The notes: generated from the sequence alone by a model not told the origin. DNA of 46,130 nt from a virus (IMGVR_UViG_3300009678_000075:1-46130), one strand, 5' to 3'; positions 18,345 to 28,371 are shown, counted from the first letter of the stretch. Made by a program: numbers and translations.

Positions 18345-19246
18345 GAAATCTTCTCCAGTTCGCCGTTGAAAACGTGTGTCCAGTTCCTACGGAGCGCGTC
18401 CAGTCCCCAGAGCTTCTTAGCCACCTGGCGGGCCGCGTGACCAATCCGCATCCTCATCATCCGGTCTCCAATCAACAGCTTGGTGTACATCACCATTTCA
18501 TCGAGTGACTGGTGAGCATTGCCCGTGGTGATGATGCAGTTTCGGCCGCTCACGAGTTCCTTCGGCAAATCTGTGTTCATGCCGGTTACCACTGGAATCC
18601 CCCTAAGCATCGCCTCGGCGAAACTGAGCCCGACTGAATTGCCAACGACCGTGTGAACGAACACGTCCATGCGCGAGAACCGTTCGTCGAACTCCTGGTA
18701 ACTCTTAGGCTCGACTCCGTTGAACGGGTTCCGGTATCCGGTCAGTTCGGCATCCGGAAAGTGTTCCAGGACGTGCCGCCAGATTATCGCCTGTTGCTCG
18801 GACATATCGCTGTAAAGCGTGCCTACGACTCCGTGGACTGGCCTTCCCATCGGCAATGGAACGAGTCCAAATGGTATCGTCACAATCTTCGGGTGATTGG
18901 CAACGTGCCCGAAGGTCCACATCTTGTGCTCCGACACGCTAACCACTGCATCGGCCTTCTGGATGCAGTCTTGGATGTGGATGTCATCCTCTGGTGTGTT
19001 GGCTCCGCATTCCATGTGCAGCAGCTTCACTTTCACCCGGCACGGCATCTCGAAGGTCTTGAATGACCGTAGAGAATCAATGACGACATCCACGGAATCG
19101 TGGAACTCTTCTGTCACCACCTCCAAGTTTGGTGGCTGTTCACGAATTCGGTTATCCCATCCCGGCGTAAGGAACGTGTGTTCCGGAAAAGCCATGGCCA
19201 GATTATGAGTGTATGGTATGTGCCACACTGCCACGTAGATCCTCAT
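18341..19246 (-). CDS. Glycosyltransferase, GT4/GT-B type (301 aa)
   Basis: Likely start is ATG 19246 (ATGA overlap). ADAVVSVSE, DVFVH...VGLSFAEAMLRGIPVVT, RMRIGHAARQVA. Confidence 0.85.
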   Translation of the reverse strand: MRIYVAVWHIPYTHNLAMAFPEHTFLTPGWDNRIREQPPNLEVVTEEFHDSVDVVIDSLRSFKTFEMPCRVKVKLLHMECGANTPEDDIHIQDCIQKADAVVSVSEHKMWTFGHVANHPKIVTIPFGLVPLPMGRPVHGVVGTLYSDMSEQQAIIWRHVLEHFPDAELTGYRNPFNGVEPKSYQEFDERFSRMDVFVHTVVGNSVGLSFAEAMLRGIPVVTGMNTDLPKELVSGRNCIITTGNAHQSLDEMVMYTKLLIGDRMMRMRIGHAARQVAKKLWGLDALRRNWTHVFNGELEKIS

Positions 19247-21372
19247 AATTTTCCTGCCCAGATTTTTCGAAAGGTCGCATTCCCAGCCTGAAGCAATTGC
19301 CCTTTCATTGGGCTCGTGGTCATTGACTCCTGGTGGATGGCGCTCGCGTGCGGCGTATAGCGGATCTTCCAACCGGCGCGGCCGATCCGAAAGCACAAAT
19401 CGGAATCCTCACTATAGCAGTCGTATCGTTCATCGAACCCATCCAACGAGAAGAAAACGTCCCGACGCACGATGGCGGAGGCGAAAGTCACCCATTCCAT
19501 GTCGCACGGGGCTTTAATCGTGGTCTCCGTCGCCAAATGGTCGAGGTGCCCCATGTTCATCCCGTGTCGGAGCGTCCCTCCGTGTTGAATCCGTCCGTCA
19601 GGATAGCGCAAGAGGCAGCCAACGGCCGCGGTCTTCTCGTTCTCGAGTTCAATGAGCATCCGTCTCACCATTTCCGGGTTGGCGTAGCAGTCGTCATTGA
19701 GCATCAGAAGAAATCGACCAAAACTCTCCCTGGCGGCCAAGTTGCAGGTCTTTCCGTACCCTCGGCGGACCTTACTGAAGTAAGAAACGAACTTTATCTT
19801 GGGAGATTTGATAATTGCATCTCGGACTAGGTATCCGCCGTCGATTCCGATCACGATTTGGTTCACTTGAGGCAAAATAGCCGTCAAACACCTGTTCAAC
19901 CGTTGGATGTCGGGTCGGTAAACTGGGATTATGGCCGAAACGGTGGCTCCGAACACCCCCGAGAGCTTCTGATTGATCTCTTGGGATAGGTAACCCGTGT
20001 CGAGGAGCCCGCAGGGAGGGTTAGCATGGTCAATCCGGCACATATACGCACCGCAGGGGATGCAATCGAGGTCCTGGCGCTCGATGACCGTGTAATCGCG
20101 CTGGTCGCTGATCCTCAGAGCCGGGTCGAACGACTGCCGGACGACCACTATTGGCTTCTTGAGCCCCGAGGCGATGTGCAGAGGAGCCGAATCAGTGCAA
20201 AGAATCACGTCACCCATGCCGATGTAGGCCATCAGATTGCGGATACGGTTGCATTTCAGGTCCACGGTGCCCTTTGGAGCCGGCTGGTCGGAGCACCAGA
20301 AGACTGTCCCGACTATTTTGGGTGCCACTTGCCCGATGATGTGGGAAGGAATGGATCGAGCCGCCATGTTGGACCGAGGACACACAACAACCCACGGGCG
20401 CGGGTACATGTGCATCTGCCGGTGAGCCATCTCCAGCTCAACCGGAGTGACCACCACCGTGAAAGCGTAGTTAGCCAGGTCCAGTTCGATGCCGCGGGCT
20501 GCTAACTGTCGGTTAGTGGCTTCGGTAAAGATGTCATTGACGTGCATGAACGCTTTTTGAGGGTGATTCTCGTAGATGAGGTCTAAATCCACGTCGTGAG
20601 TACCGTGCTCGGTAACGTCGAAAACGTGGGGTGAATGAATCAGCGCCTCCGCGCACGGCCCATACGTCACCAATTTAACGAGGTAGCCCAACTCGGTGAG
20701 CTTTCGGCAGACTCCGGTCGAGGCGATCACGTCTCCGATGGCGGCCCAGCGCCGAATCGTTAGTTCTCGTGAGTTTTGTGGCATAACTGCGGGTTTTACG
20801 AGTGATTCCAGGTACGCAACGACCGGTTTTCCAACGAGAACCCCAAATTTGGGGTGATAATCAGCCAGGTTACCGATAACTTCGGTATCTTTTAGCCGCA
20901 GTGAGCCCTTGGAATTGCACCCCTGAAACCAGGGTATTCCAACGGTCATTATCCTGACCCATTTGTGGATCGGGCGTCGGTGTGGAACAGGAACTCTCCA
21001 GAGATGCGTCTCCCCTGCGAATAGAGTTAGGTGCCAGTCTTTATTCAGGGGTAAGCAGGTGGGTGGAAGGATGCACAATTCCCCTTCCCGGCGCTTGGAG
21101 TAGCGCATAATCACCGCATTTATAAGCCAGTTTGCGGTCTTGTTGGGCTCTACCGAGAACGGAGGTTGGACTACCTGAACTGTCGCAAAAGCCTCCTTGG
21201 CGCGTCGGACCAGCTTCCAAACCTCATGGGCACTTAATGATGCGTCCGCGGCGATAACGCATTCGAAGTGTCGGCACCACCCGTTCTGTAGGTAGGTTAG
21301 TAACCCCTCGGCGGCCTTGAGTTCGGCCTTACCTTCCACCGGGATTACGATTACAGCTTCCGCATCCAACAT
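19243..21372 (-). CDS. Fused glycosyltransferase: GT9 (heptosyltransferase-like) plus C-terminal GT2
   Basis: GT9 motifs RRWAAIGDVI and LCTDSAPLHIASGLKKP. GT2 motifs VSAIIPVY, GYGKTCN, LLMLNDD, GFDERYDCYSEDSDLCFR. Confidence 0.9.
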   Translation of the reverse strand: MLDAEAVIVIPVEGKAELKAAEGLLTYLQNGWCRHFECVIAADASLSAHEVWKLVRRAKEAFATVQVVQPPFSVEPNKTANWLINAVIMRYSKRREGELCILPPTCLPLNKDWHLTLFAGETHLWRVPVPHRRPIHKWVRIMTVGIPWFQGCNSKGSLRLKDTEVIGNLADYHPKFGVLVGKPVVAYLESLVKPAVMPQNSRELTIRRWAAIGDVIASTGVCRKLTELGYLVKLVTYGPCAEALIHSPHVFDVTEHGTHDVDLDLIYENHPQKAFMHVNDIFTEATNRQLAARGIELDLANYAFTVVVTPVELEMAHRQMHMYPRPWVVVCPRSNMAARSIPSHIIGQVAPKIVGTVFWCSDQPAPKGTVDLKCNRIRNLMAYIGMGDVILCTDSAPLHIASGLKKPIVVVRQSFDPALRISDQRDYTVIERQDLDCIPCGAYMCRIDHANPPCGLLDTGYLSQEINQKLSGVFGATVSAIIPVYRPDIQRLNRCLTAILPQVNQIVIGIDGGYLVRDAIIKSPKIKFVSYFSKVRRGYGKTCNLAARESFGRFLLMLNDDCYANPEMVRRMLIELENEKTAAVGCLLRYPDGRIQHGGTLRHGMNMGHLDHLATETTIKAPCDMEWVTFASAIVRRDVFFSLDGFDERYDCYSEDSDLCFRIGRAGWKIRYTPHASAIHQESMTTSPMKGQLLQAGNATFRKIWAGKL

Positions 21373-22061
21373 TGCGGCACCAACTCAGAGACGATTTCCG
21401 GAGTCAGTGACTTCTTAACCTCATCAGGTGACACCCAGACCTTCAAGCCCAAATGACACCCGCAAGCGTCGCAAGTACCTAACTCGTCATCCACTTGCGT
21501 TTTCAATTTTAGGTGCCTCTTGAGTTGGATCGCGGATTTGATGGCTTCCGCGATACCTCCAGTGACGATTTCTACCAAATTACCCGGCACATTCTTCGGA
21601 CAAGTTTGGCAGATGGAAGCGCGTCGGTCGGCTTCTGCCTGGACGACAGTGCTTGCGCCGTGTCCGATCCAAGAGGTTAGGGTTGAAACACCTCCTACAA
21701 TCTGGGCAGCACGCTTCCAAATGCTGGTCTTAGTACCTTCGGGCTCGGCCGCCGCAGGTTCCGCACCCGGTAGGAGCGGCGGGGGGGAAAACGAAGGTAT
21801 GTTCCACGGAACTTCCACCGTTTTTTTTTCACACCAATGCTCGTCGTATCGCAGGCGAGCGCAGGTGTAGGCGTCCAGTTCATCGGAAACAACCGTCGGA
21901 TCGGTTGCAAGATTGAGTGCGGGATTAGCCTTCCGGTGATTGATGATCTCTCGAACCGCACTTTCAAATGGGAGTCCACCTCGGAGCGACCACTTGGTCT
22001 CGGGCTGGTAGAAGGAGAACCCGCCGCCTGGAGGGTGGTTATTACGGGATTTTAGAGGCAT
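21351..22061 (-). CDS. Cys-rich hypothetical protein (236 aa)
   Basis: Likely start is ATG 22061 (MPLKSRNNHPPGGGF). RRASICQTCP...CDACGCHLGLKVW...CW metal-binding pattern. Confidence 0.65.
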   Translation of the reverse strand: MPLKSRNNHPPGGGFSFYQPETKWSLRGGLPFESAVREIINHRKANPALNLATDPTVVSDELDAYTCARLRYDEHWCEKKTVEVPWNIPSFSPPPLLPGAEPAAAEPEGTKTSIWKRAAQIVGGVSTLTSWIGHGASTVVQAEADRRASICQTCPKNVPGNLVEIVTGGIAEAIKSAIQLKRHLKLKTQVDDELGTCDACGCHLGLKVWVSPDEVKKSLTPEIVSELVPQCWMRKL

Positions 22062-23796
22062 AGGTAAGACGGTGACTGTTCCAAATCTGTTGATGGCGCT
22101 GGGCAGTTTTGGCCCAAAGCGTGGGGCCTCGGCCTGAATTCCGCAACATTCCGGAGATAGTGAAGCCCCGCTGGCGAGCGCCTTCGAAGGCGGTAACCAG
22201 GGCGTCGAATATGTCGGGGGACCGGCCCATGCGAGCCTTGGTGATTTTCTTGGGTTCGACATCCACTTTTTTGCCGTCGATCATCATGTATTCCCTCGAG
22301 GTGCCGTCATCAATGATCTCGTCGGTGATGCCGCGGAACTGCTTACTTTCGATGCAGTTTCGGACCTGATACCACAATTCAGTGACGAACTTGCCATAGG
22401 CTTCGTTGCATTTACGTGGATCGGCCGCTGAAACCCGGCGGTCGGAGGCTTTGCCGCCGAACTCCACCGGGTTGACCTGTGCGGACCAGAGCCGGCCGAA
22501 GGCGGTGCCGAGCGTGCCGCGGCCGGTGGAATCGAAGAACACGTTATCCGGGTCGATTTGGGAATTATCGCAATGTTGGCGTACCCATTTAACGATCTGG
22601 TTCTCTGGAGTGTCGCTCTTCCTGAAATTGACCGGGATGATTAATGGCATTCCGTGAACGGCGATGATGGCTTCGTTATTCACGTCGGGACCGAACCACA
22701 ACTCGATGGCGACGCAACGGTCGCCGCCGAGGGTTCCGTAGGCGGCATCTAGTCCCAGAACCTTGGTTACCTTGCCGGCGAACACGGCGGGTTCCATGGC
22801 TCGATTGGACCGGCACATATCGCGTGTGACAATCCGGTTGCTCATCCCGCCCACCGGCATCATGCCCAAATCCATCATGGCGAACTGAATGGAGTTCGGG
22901 CCGTAGTACCGTCTGTCCTGCTCGATCTGATGGGGTTTAATCAGGTACGGGTAGGGTTCCTTCCCTTCGGTAGCGTTCTTATTCGGGCCATCCGTTCCGA
23001 CGAGTTGGATGACCCGAGTGTTGGGCATCCGACCTTGCCAAATCTTTGTGACTTCTGATCGGTCCATGGAGTCCCAGCCTTCGGTTGGCTCGCACATGGT
23101 TCCCAGGGCGTCGGTTGGGTCCTTGGGGTTACCCATTCCGATGGCTTTGAAGTCCGAGGGGGTTTTGCTGAGGTTTTGAAAGCTGTCCACGAAGGATTTC
23201 GGGATGAATTGCAGCTCATCCCCGGCGATGCGAAGCCGTTTGTTCTTGATTCCGACGTAGTTTGAAAGCCCGACGTAAGTCGATCCGCGGAGGCAAGCGA
23301 TGCCCTGGATACCGTTACGGAAATCTTTGACCTGCATATCGCCACTGACGGTCGTGATGCGGTGCCGGCTCTCGTTCAAGTGGCCTGGAACCCACGGATG
23401 GCGTTCTTTGGCGTCTTGGAACAGCTTCTTCACTTCGCCCCAGACGCGCAGGTCGAGCATTTGGAGGGTGGTCGATGAAACTAGAGAAGTAGTCTCCTCT
23501 GGAAAGCAGAAGTAATCCGCCAGGATGTAGGAGCCGACTTCGTGAGTCTTGCCGCTCGATGCGGGTCCCAAGATTCCGGTGTTCGTGCCATTAACTATCT
23601 CCTCGAGGATCATGAGGTTCCAGCGTTGCCAATCTTTCCAGGGCCAAAGGAGCTTTTGGAACTCGAGGTAATGCTGGAAAAGGCCGGCCCCGCATTGCTG
23701 GCCGGTCATGGTCCACTTGCCGCCTTTGCGGATGCACGCACGCTCGATGGCTATCGGAGTAGCGTCATCCGGCCAATTAGCACCATATCGCGTCAT
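22042..23796 (-). CDS. terL: Terminase large subunit
   Basis: Walker A GPASSGKT, Walker B IAGDE, coupling motif MGNP, and RNase H-fold nuclease residues LGLDAAYG..GDRCV, FDSTG, GRSPDIFDAL. Confidence 0.9.
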   Translation of the reverse strand: MTRYGANWPDDATPIAIERACIRKGGKWTMTGQQCGAGLFQHYLEFQKLLWPWKDWQRWNLMILEEIVNGTNTGILGPASSGKTHEVGSYILADYFCFPEETTSLVSSTTLQMLDLRVWGEVKKLFQDAKERHPWVPGHLNESRHRITTVSGDMQVKDFRNGIQGIACLRGSTYVGLSNYVGIKNKRLRIAGDELQFIPKSFVDSFQNLSKTPSDFKAIGMGNPKDPTDALGTMCEPTEGWDSMDRSEVTKIWQGRMPNTRVIQLVGTDGPNKNATEGKEPYPYLIKPHQIEQDRRYYGPNSIQFAMMDLGMMPVGGMSNRIVTRDMCRSNRAMEPAVFAGKVTKVLGLDAAYGTLGGDRCVAIELWFGPDVNNEAIIAVHGMPLIIPVNFRKSDTPENQIVKWVRQHCDNSQIDPDNVFFDSTGRGTLGTAFGRLWSAQVNPVEFGGKASDRRVSAADPRKCNEAYGKFVTELWYQVRNCIESKQFRGITDEIIDDGTSREYMMIDGKKVDVEPKKITKARMGRSPDIFDALVTAFEGARQRGFTISGMLRNSGRGPTLWAKTAQRHQQIWNSHRLTYASKIP

Positions 23797-24023
23797 CGGC
23801 GTTTAGTTCTACGTGGAACAGGTGTTTGCGAATCACAACAGTTACAACACCGACAGGTGCAGGAGTTGGTCGAGCTTTGCGACCACGGTTCCCCCGATGC
23901 CGCGAGAGACGCTTGCTGCTGAGCCCGACCAACTCCGAAAAGCATCGCAATCCTGGTTTGCCCGATGGCTGTAGTGCAACCTGTCAGTAGCAGCAAAGCC
24001 AAGATTGGGACCAATAACTTCAC
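23793..24023 (-). CDS. Small lipoprotein with a Cys-rich C-terminus
   Basis: Lipobox signal MKLLVPILALLLLTG-C; CTCRCCNCC near the end. Confidence 0.6.
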   Translation of the reverse strand: MKLLVPILALLLLTGCTTAIGQTRIAMLFGVGRAQQQASLAASGEPWSQSSTNSCTCRCCNCCDSQTPVPRRTKRR

Positions 24024-24033
24024 GAGGTGTCCC

Positions 24034-26040
24034 TTAAAGGGTCATGCGATTAATTCCACCGCCACCGCCTGAGCCACCTACAAGACCAGCTCCAGCATTA
24101 CCCACTGAACCAGCCGTTTTGCCGGCTTGATACGTCACTGTTCCACCTAAAAGGTCGAACACCCAGATGAAACCAGATTCACCACCAGACCCACCGTCAC
24201 CACCAATGCCTGAGGTAAATCCGGCACCACCATTTCCTCCGCGGCCTCCAGTGCTACCAATCCAATCAGTAACTGGTCCACCCGTTAGAACCTCATAATG
24301 GATTCGGACTTGTCCGGCACCGCCACCACCGCCGCCTCCACCACCACCATTAGAACCTCCGGCACCGACTTGGCCGCCGTCACCACCACGACCACCAGCA
24401 TTGTAAAACACTTCTATGTTAGGGTTAGAGCCACGCGCAATGATGCGAGCAGCTACCCAAAGGACACCGGCTGAGCCACCGGCACCGCCGCCACCGCCAC
24501 CAATTCCAGAGCTAGCATTACCACCACCGCCGCCACCACCACCACCGTGCGCTCCAGCAGCTTGAAGGCTCGCTCCTTGGAGCATATCCACTGTTGCTCG
24601 GTGGATTGGCTGGATATTGTCCGTTGTCCCACCGGCGCGAGAAGCACCACCAGGATTACCGACCGTACCAAGACCACCAGCACCTGAGGCACCACCGGCA
24701 CCGCCTGTACCTAATCCAGCTACGGATACTGGTGCTTGAGCACCTGTTGTCGCAGAACCATTCCCACCAGCCGTGCTCGCGGTTGCATTGTATAATGTCG
24801 CCGCAGTATCGGCTGCTGCCGCAATACCAGCCGTCGAAGACACTCCCGCATGACCACCAGCATTACCAGAGTTAAAGATAGCTCTAGTTTCAGCGTTTAC
24901 GAGGTTAAGAGTTCCAGTGACAAATATCCTGTAGTTAGCCGTGTCGATACTACCACCCGTAAACATCGTCAGTGACGTGTAATACATGTCCCGAGTCAAA
25001 ACGAGTGGAGTAGTAATGGTTGCGTTTCCATCTACACCAGAACCGAATATCCACAACCTATCAGCCGCTGGAGTGTTCAGAGATGAACCCAATGATGGAA
25101 ACGTAATATCAACCAAAAACCGTCCACCAGAACCGATACTTACTGCTCGTCCGATGGGGGTCATGAACTGATTTCCAGCAGTAGGTCTCGTAGCCGTCAT
25201 CCCACCGGGCGTAGACGTATGAACATAGTAAGTCAGGTTGGTTGCCAAACTTGACGTGTTAAAGTTCATCAACCCAGAAGTAACGATGTAACCACCACCA
25301 CCAGATGCCATCGTTTCAGCAGCAATACCGGCTACCGTAGACATTACGAAGTTAGTAGCTATCGCCAAAGCAACAGTAGGAATAGGGGAGGTTACTCCTG
25401 GAGTATTAGCGTCATCACCGCTGTAATACACAACTTGCCCAGCAGTAATCGTAGAACCAGTCAGATTTTTTACGAACATCCGCTGCTGAAATCCAATAAA
25501 ACTGGAGTACCCATTTGGCTCCTTGAGAGTAGCCAAGTCACGACCAGCCCCACCCGGCTGTATGCTGCTAATCTTTATACCGCTGCTCGGAGCTGATTGA
25601 GTTGATTCAGGTAAGAAAACCAAACCGTTGGTTATCGACATTCCAACCGTTGTTCCGCTAGTAATAGTAATCGGATAAGTCGATGTAAGGTTAGTAGAAC
25701 CTCCACCACCACCACCACCGGTAATCATGTTGGTCAGCGCAAATGGCAAGCGTATCCAACGTCCCGTCGTATTGAACGCCGGATTAGCATTGCCAAAATA
25801 GTCAATGCCATCGGCAGCCGTAGTCTCTTCGTAGTTCCACCACAAGAGTCCCACCCCACCATCCCCAGGAGCGTCCGTTCCCAATAGCAACGCTGATTGC
25901 GGAATCGTGTTCCCAACTGGAGGTATCGGAAGGTTAAACAGGTCCGACGCCGTATTGACCGTGCGCGGATACATGATGGTCGATTGCGCTAGTGCAACCG
26001 ACGCGCTGAGAATGAAAATCAGTGTACGAAATATGTTCAT
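24034..26040 (-). CDS. Glycine-rich fibre-like protein with an N-terminal signal peptide
   Basis: MNIFRTLIFILSASVALA-QS, then a tailspike-type DGGVG...GRW motif, a central decoration-like domain (GQVVYY...GIAAE...GYIVTSG...YYV) and a poly-Gly C-terminus. Confidence 0.7.
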   Translation of the reverse strand: MNIFRTLIFILSASVALAQSTIMYPRTVNTASDLFNLPIPPVGNTIPQSALLLGTDAPGDGGVGLLWWNYEETTAADGIDYFGNANPAFNTTGRWIRLPFALTNMITGGGGGGGSTNLTSTYPITITSGTTVGMSITNGLVFLPESTQSAPSSGIKISSIQPGGAGRDLATLKEPNGYSSFIGFQQRMFVKNLTGSTITAGQVVYYSGDDANTPGVTSPIPTVALAIATNFVMSTVAGIAAETMASGGGGYIVTSGLMNFNTSSLATNLTYYVHTSTPGGMTATRPTAGNQFMTPIGRAVSIGSGGRFLVDITFPSLGSSLNTPAADRLWIFGSGVDGNATITTPLVLTRDMYYTSLTMFTGGSIDTANYRIFVTGTLNLVNAETRAIFNSGNAGGHAGVSSTAGIAAAADTAATLYNATASTAGGNGSATTGAQAPVSVAGLGTGGAGGASGAGGLGTVGNPGGASRAGGTTDNIQPIHRATVDMLQGASLQAAGAHGGGGGGGGGNASSGIGGGGGGAGGSAGVLWVAARIIARGSNPNIEVFYNAGGRGGDGGQVGAGGSNGGGGGGGGGGAGQVRIHYEVLTGGPVTDWIGSTGGRGGNGGAGFTSGIGGDGGSGGESGFIWVFDLLGGTVTYQAGKTAGSVGNAGAGLVGGSGGGGGINRMTL

Positions 26041-26082
26041 AAAAAAGCCGGGGCGAGCCGGTACATCCCAGCACGGCCCCGG
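26041..26082 (-). terminator. Intrinsic terminator after the major capsid gene
   Basis: Minus strand CCGGGGC...GCCCCGGC followed by TTTTTT, ending at the next ATG. Confidence 0.65.
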
Positions 26083-26102
26083 ATAAATGGTTTACTTCAA
26101 AC

Positions 26103-27665
26103 TTACGTTGTGACCCAAGGGATGTTGATCGCGGCACCATTGCCACCGGTCAGGGTTAGCTGGACGCCATTAGCCGCGACGGCCCAAGTACCCAACCAAG
26201 GTATCTTGGTTGTCAACTCGGTCGCCAGGGCGGCGAGCGTGGTGGAACCAACGATCACAGGGTGAATTTGGTTCACACCATTGAGTGTTACGGCATTGGC
26301 CAAAACGTTGTAATCACCCGAAGCACTAGCCACCGGTGTGAGGTAAAGCACCTCATCGTTGGCGCATTCCGCATTGGCAGAATCATAATTCTGTAGCGGA
26401 TAACCAGGATCGGTAGCGCAGGAAGCCACAGTCACGATGCAAGGAGCGTTACGCAGGTGGAATATCGTTTCCATCCATTCCGTGTGCAGGGGCTCCGCGG
26501 CCATATCGAAATCGGCAAAGAAGAAGCCTTTATTCCGGCGATAGTTCTCGATGGCTACTCCGTTACAATCCGCGCCGAGGTTATCCATGGCGAAGCGCCA
26601 TTCACCGGCCAGGCTGCGGTTCATGAACGGCATCTCCGGGCTAATCGGACGCAGCGTCTTGGTCAGAAGCCGAATGCCAAGGCGGTGATGAATCCTGGAG
26701 AACTGGTACTGCGCGTTTTCGTAATCGACGTTCCAGTCGTCCTTCATTCCGTTGGACGCGCTGATATTCTTGTACGGAAACACCCGTTGGAACCGGTTAT
26801 TGCTTACCCGATTGAAGCGAAGAGGAAACAAGTCCACCCGCGTGGCATAATTTCCAATCTTGCCGGACCAGCCGTACTTCCAGAACTTCCCGACGTTATC
26901 GAACTCTTGGAAACGCCACTGGGTGCTGGCCAGATCTCCATTGCTTCGAAGGATCGCCGAATCGCCTTCGACCATATCATAGAGCGTGTCGTTATCGGTG
27001 ACCAACTCGACCCACATCGGCATTTCTTTATCGACCGTCTTACCGAAGTAGCCGATAGCCGCGAGGCGATTGAAGCGCCGGCGCAACATCTGCGGCGTGA
27101 GCTTGCTCGTGGGCGTCCCGCTCGTGGTCATGTAAACCGACGAGTCGCCGTTATCTTCGAAAGTGAAGGTGAACGGGCTCAGAGTTGAATTCGCCAGCCA
27201 CTTGGCGTCGGCCAACTGCGCGGCCTTGCGCTTGGCGAAGTCCGACACAATCCAGTTGGTGCTGGGCTTCAGAATATCTGAGATGATCTGCGAGAAGTTT
27301 TGGACGGCATGCGTTTGGTTCGTCATGTCGTCGAAGCAGAGCAACTGGGTTCGGTAACTGATCTGCTCCCGGCTGTAGGTCAGCCGTGTATTTCCCCAAC
27401 CGATTTCGCTCGAGGGAATATCGCAGGGAGTTCCTACGCAGCTTCCGTTCGGAGCGGCTCGCCATTTCTTCGACAAATTGGGGAAGACCACGTTAAAGCG
27501 GTCTTTGGTGTGCTGAACCTCGGTAAACGAATCCCAACTTCCGGTAGTGAAGTGCCCGATTTCGCCATCTGTCAGACGAATATCCCTGAGCACTTCCCGA
27601 TCATAAACCTCCTTTTGCGTAACTAGATAGTTAGCAAAGTCCTGACCCGTCATGTAACAAGCCAC
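26103..27665 (-). CDS. Major capsid protein with a C-terminal extension
   Basis: 520 aa, GTG start. First gene of the late block, strongly biased codons, followed by a terminator. The last ~85 aa look like an extra beta domain. Assigned by context, not by a diagnostic motif. Confidence 0.65.
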   Translation of the reverse strand: MACYMTGQDFANYLVTQKEVYDREVLRDIRLTDGEIGHFTTGSWDSFTEVQHTKDRFNVVFPNLSKKWRAAPNGSCVGTPCDIPSSEIGWGNTRLTYSREQISYRTQLLCFDDMTNQTHAVQNFSQIISDILKPSTNWIVSDFAKRKAAQLADAKWLANSTLSPFTFTFEDNGDSSVYMTTSGTPTSKLTPQMLRRRFNRLAAIGYFGKTVDKEMPMWVELVTDNDTLYDMVEGDSAILRSNGDLASTQWRFQEFDNVGKFWKYGWSGKIGNYATRVDLFPLRFNRVSNNRFQRVFPYKNISASNGMKDDWNVDYENAQYQFSRIHHRLGIRLLTKTLRPISPEMPFMNRSLAGEWRFAMDNLGADCNGVAIENYRRNKGFFFADFDMAAEPLHTEWMETIFHLRNAPCIVTVASCATDPGYPLQNYDSANAECANDEVLYLTPVASASGDYNVLANAVTLNGVNQIHPVIVGSTTLAALATELTTKIPWLGTWAVAANGVQLTLTGGNGAAINIPWVTT

Positions 27666-27963
27666 TTGAAAAATCCCTTCACGTTTGTCACGTCACCACT
27701 TCTGTCGCTAGGCAGGCAACTTCTCCCCCGCAGGCCCGCGACGACCCACCAACAAACGCAAAAGCCGGGATGACGACCCCCAGCAAACTTACCGTCTGCC
27801 CAGACTCCAACCCCCAAAAACCCCTCGTGGCAACCAAATTCTCGAAATCTCGTTAAATTTGAACACTTGTAAACGGTGTAATCCTAAGCAACTCACTAAT
27901 GATTAACGACCGTAAAACCTCGCGTTAAAATGCTCTAGGAAGCGTTTTCTCGAGGCGTCCGCT

Positions 27964-28371
27964 ATGGTAATACCCCCCCAGAACATGGACACAACACCAG
28001 ACCAGGACCGCTACCAACGCTACCCTTACCCGATGCGATTCGAGCGTGAAGGCGACAAGTACGTCCTCAAAAAAACATATCAACCCGACATAAACCCGGA
28101 TTATTTCACGCCAGAGACCAGAACCCCCATTAGTTTAGCAGACATGAACACACATCTCATCGCGCAGTACACCTTCCCGCTAGGAGCCAACACCTGCATC
28201 CTAACCTTCAACGGTCTCCAAAGACCAACAACGCAGGATTTTGATGACCTAATTGATTTTATCCAGCTTTTCAGGTCGCAACTGAGACGCGCCAACGAAC
28301 CATTCTTTCCGCCTCAGCCTAGTCCCATGCCACCGGAATCCTTTGACCCAACTAACAATCCACTGCCATGA
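27964..28371 (+). CDS. Hypothetical protein
   Basis: 135 aa (start may be 27985). YTFPLG...QDFDDLIDFIQLF loosely resembles 13470-13763. Confidence 0.55.
   Translation: MVIPPQNMDTTPDQDRYQRYPYPMRFEREGDKYVLKKTYQPDINPDYFTPETRTPISLADMNTHLIAQYTFPLGANTCILTFNGLQRPTTQDFDDLIDFIQLFRSQLRRANEPFFPPQPSPMPPESFDPTNNPLP

Noticed and set aside
21781-21829. G7 and T9 homopolymers as a programmed frameshift site
   Set aside because: The main frame is open through both runs and continues into a conserved-looking Cys domain; the alternative frame is short and featureless.
24040-24870. ACC/GCC triplet repeats
   Set aside because: They are explained by poly-Gly codons of the fibre protein.
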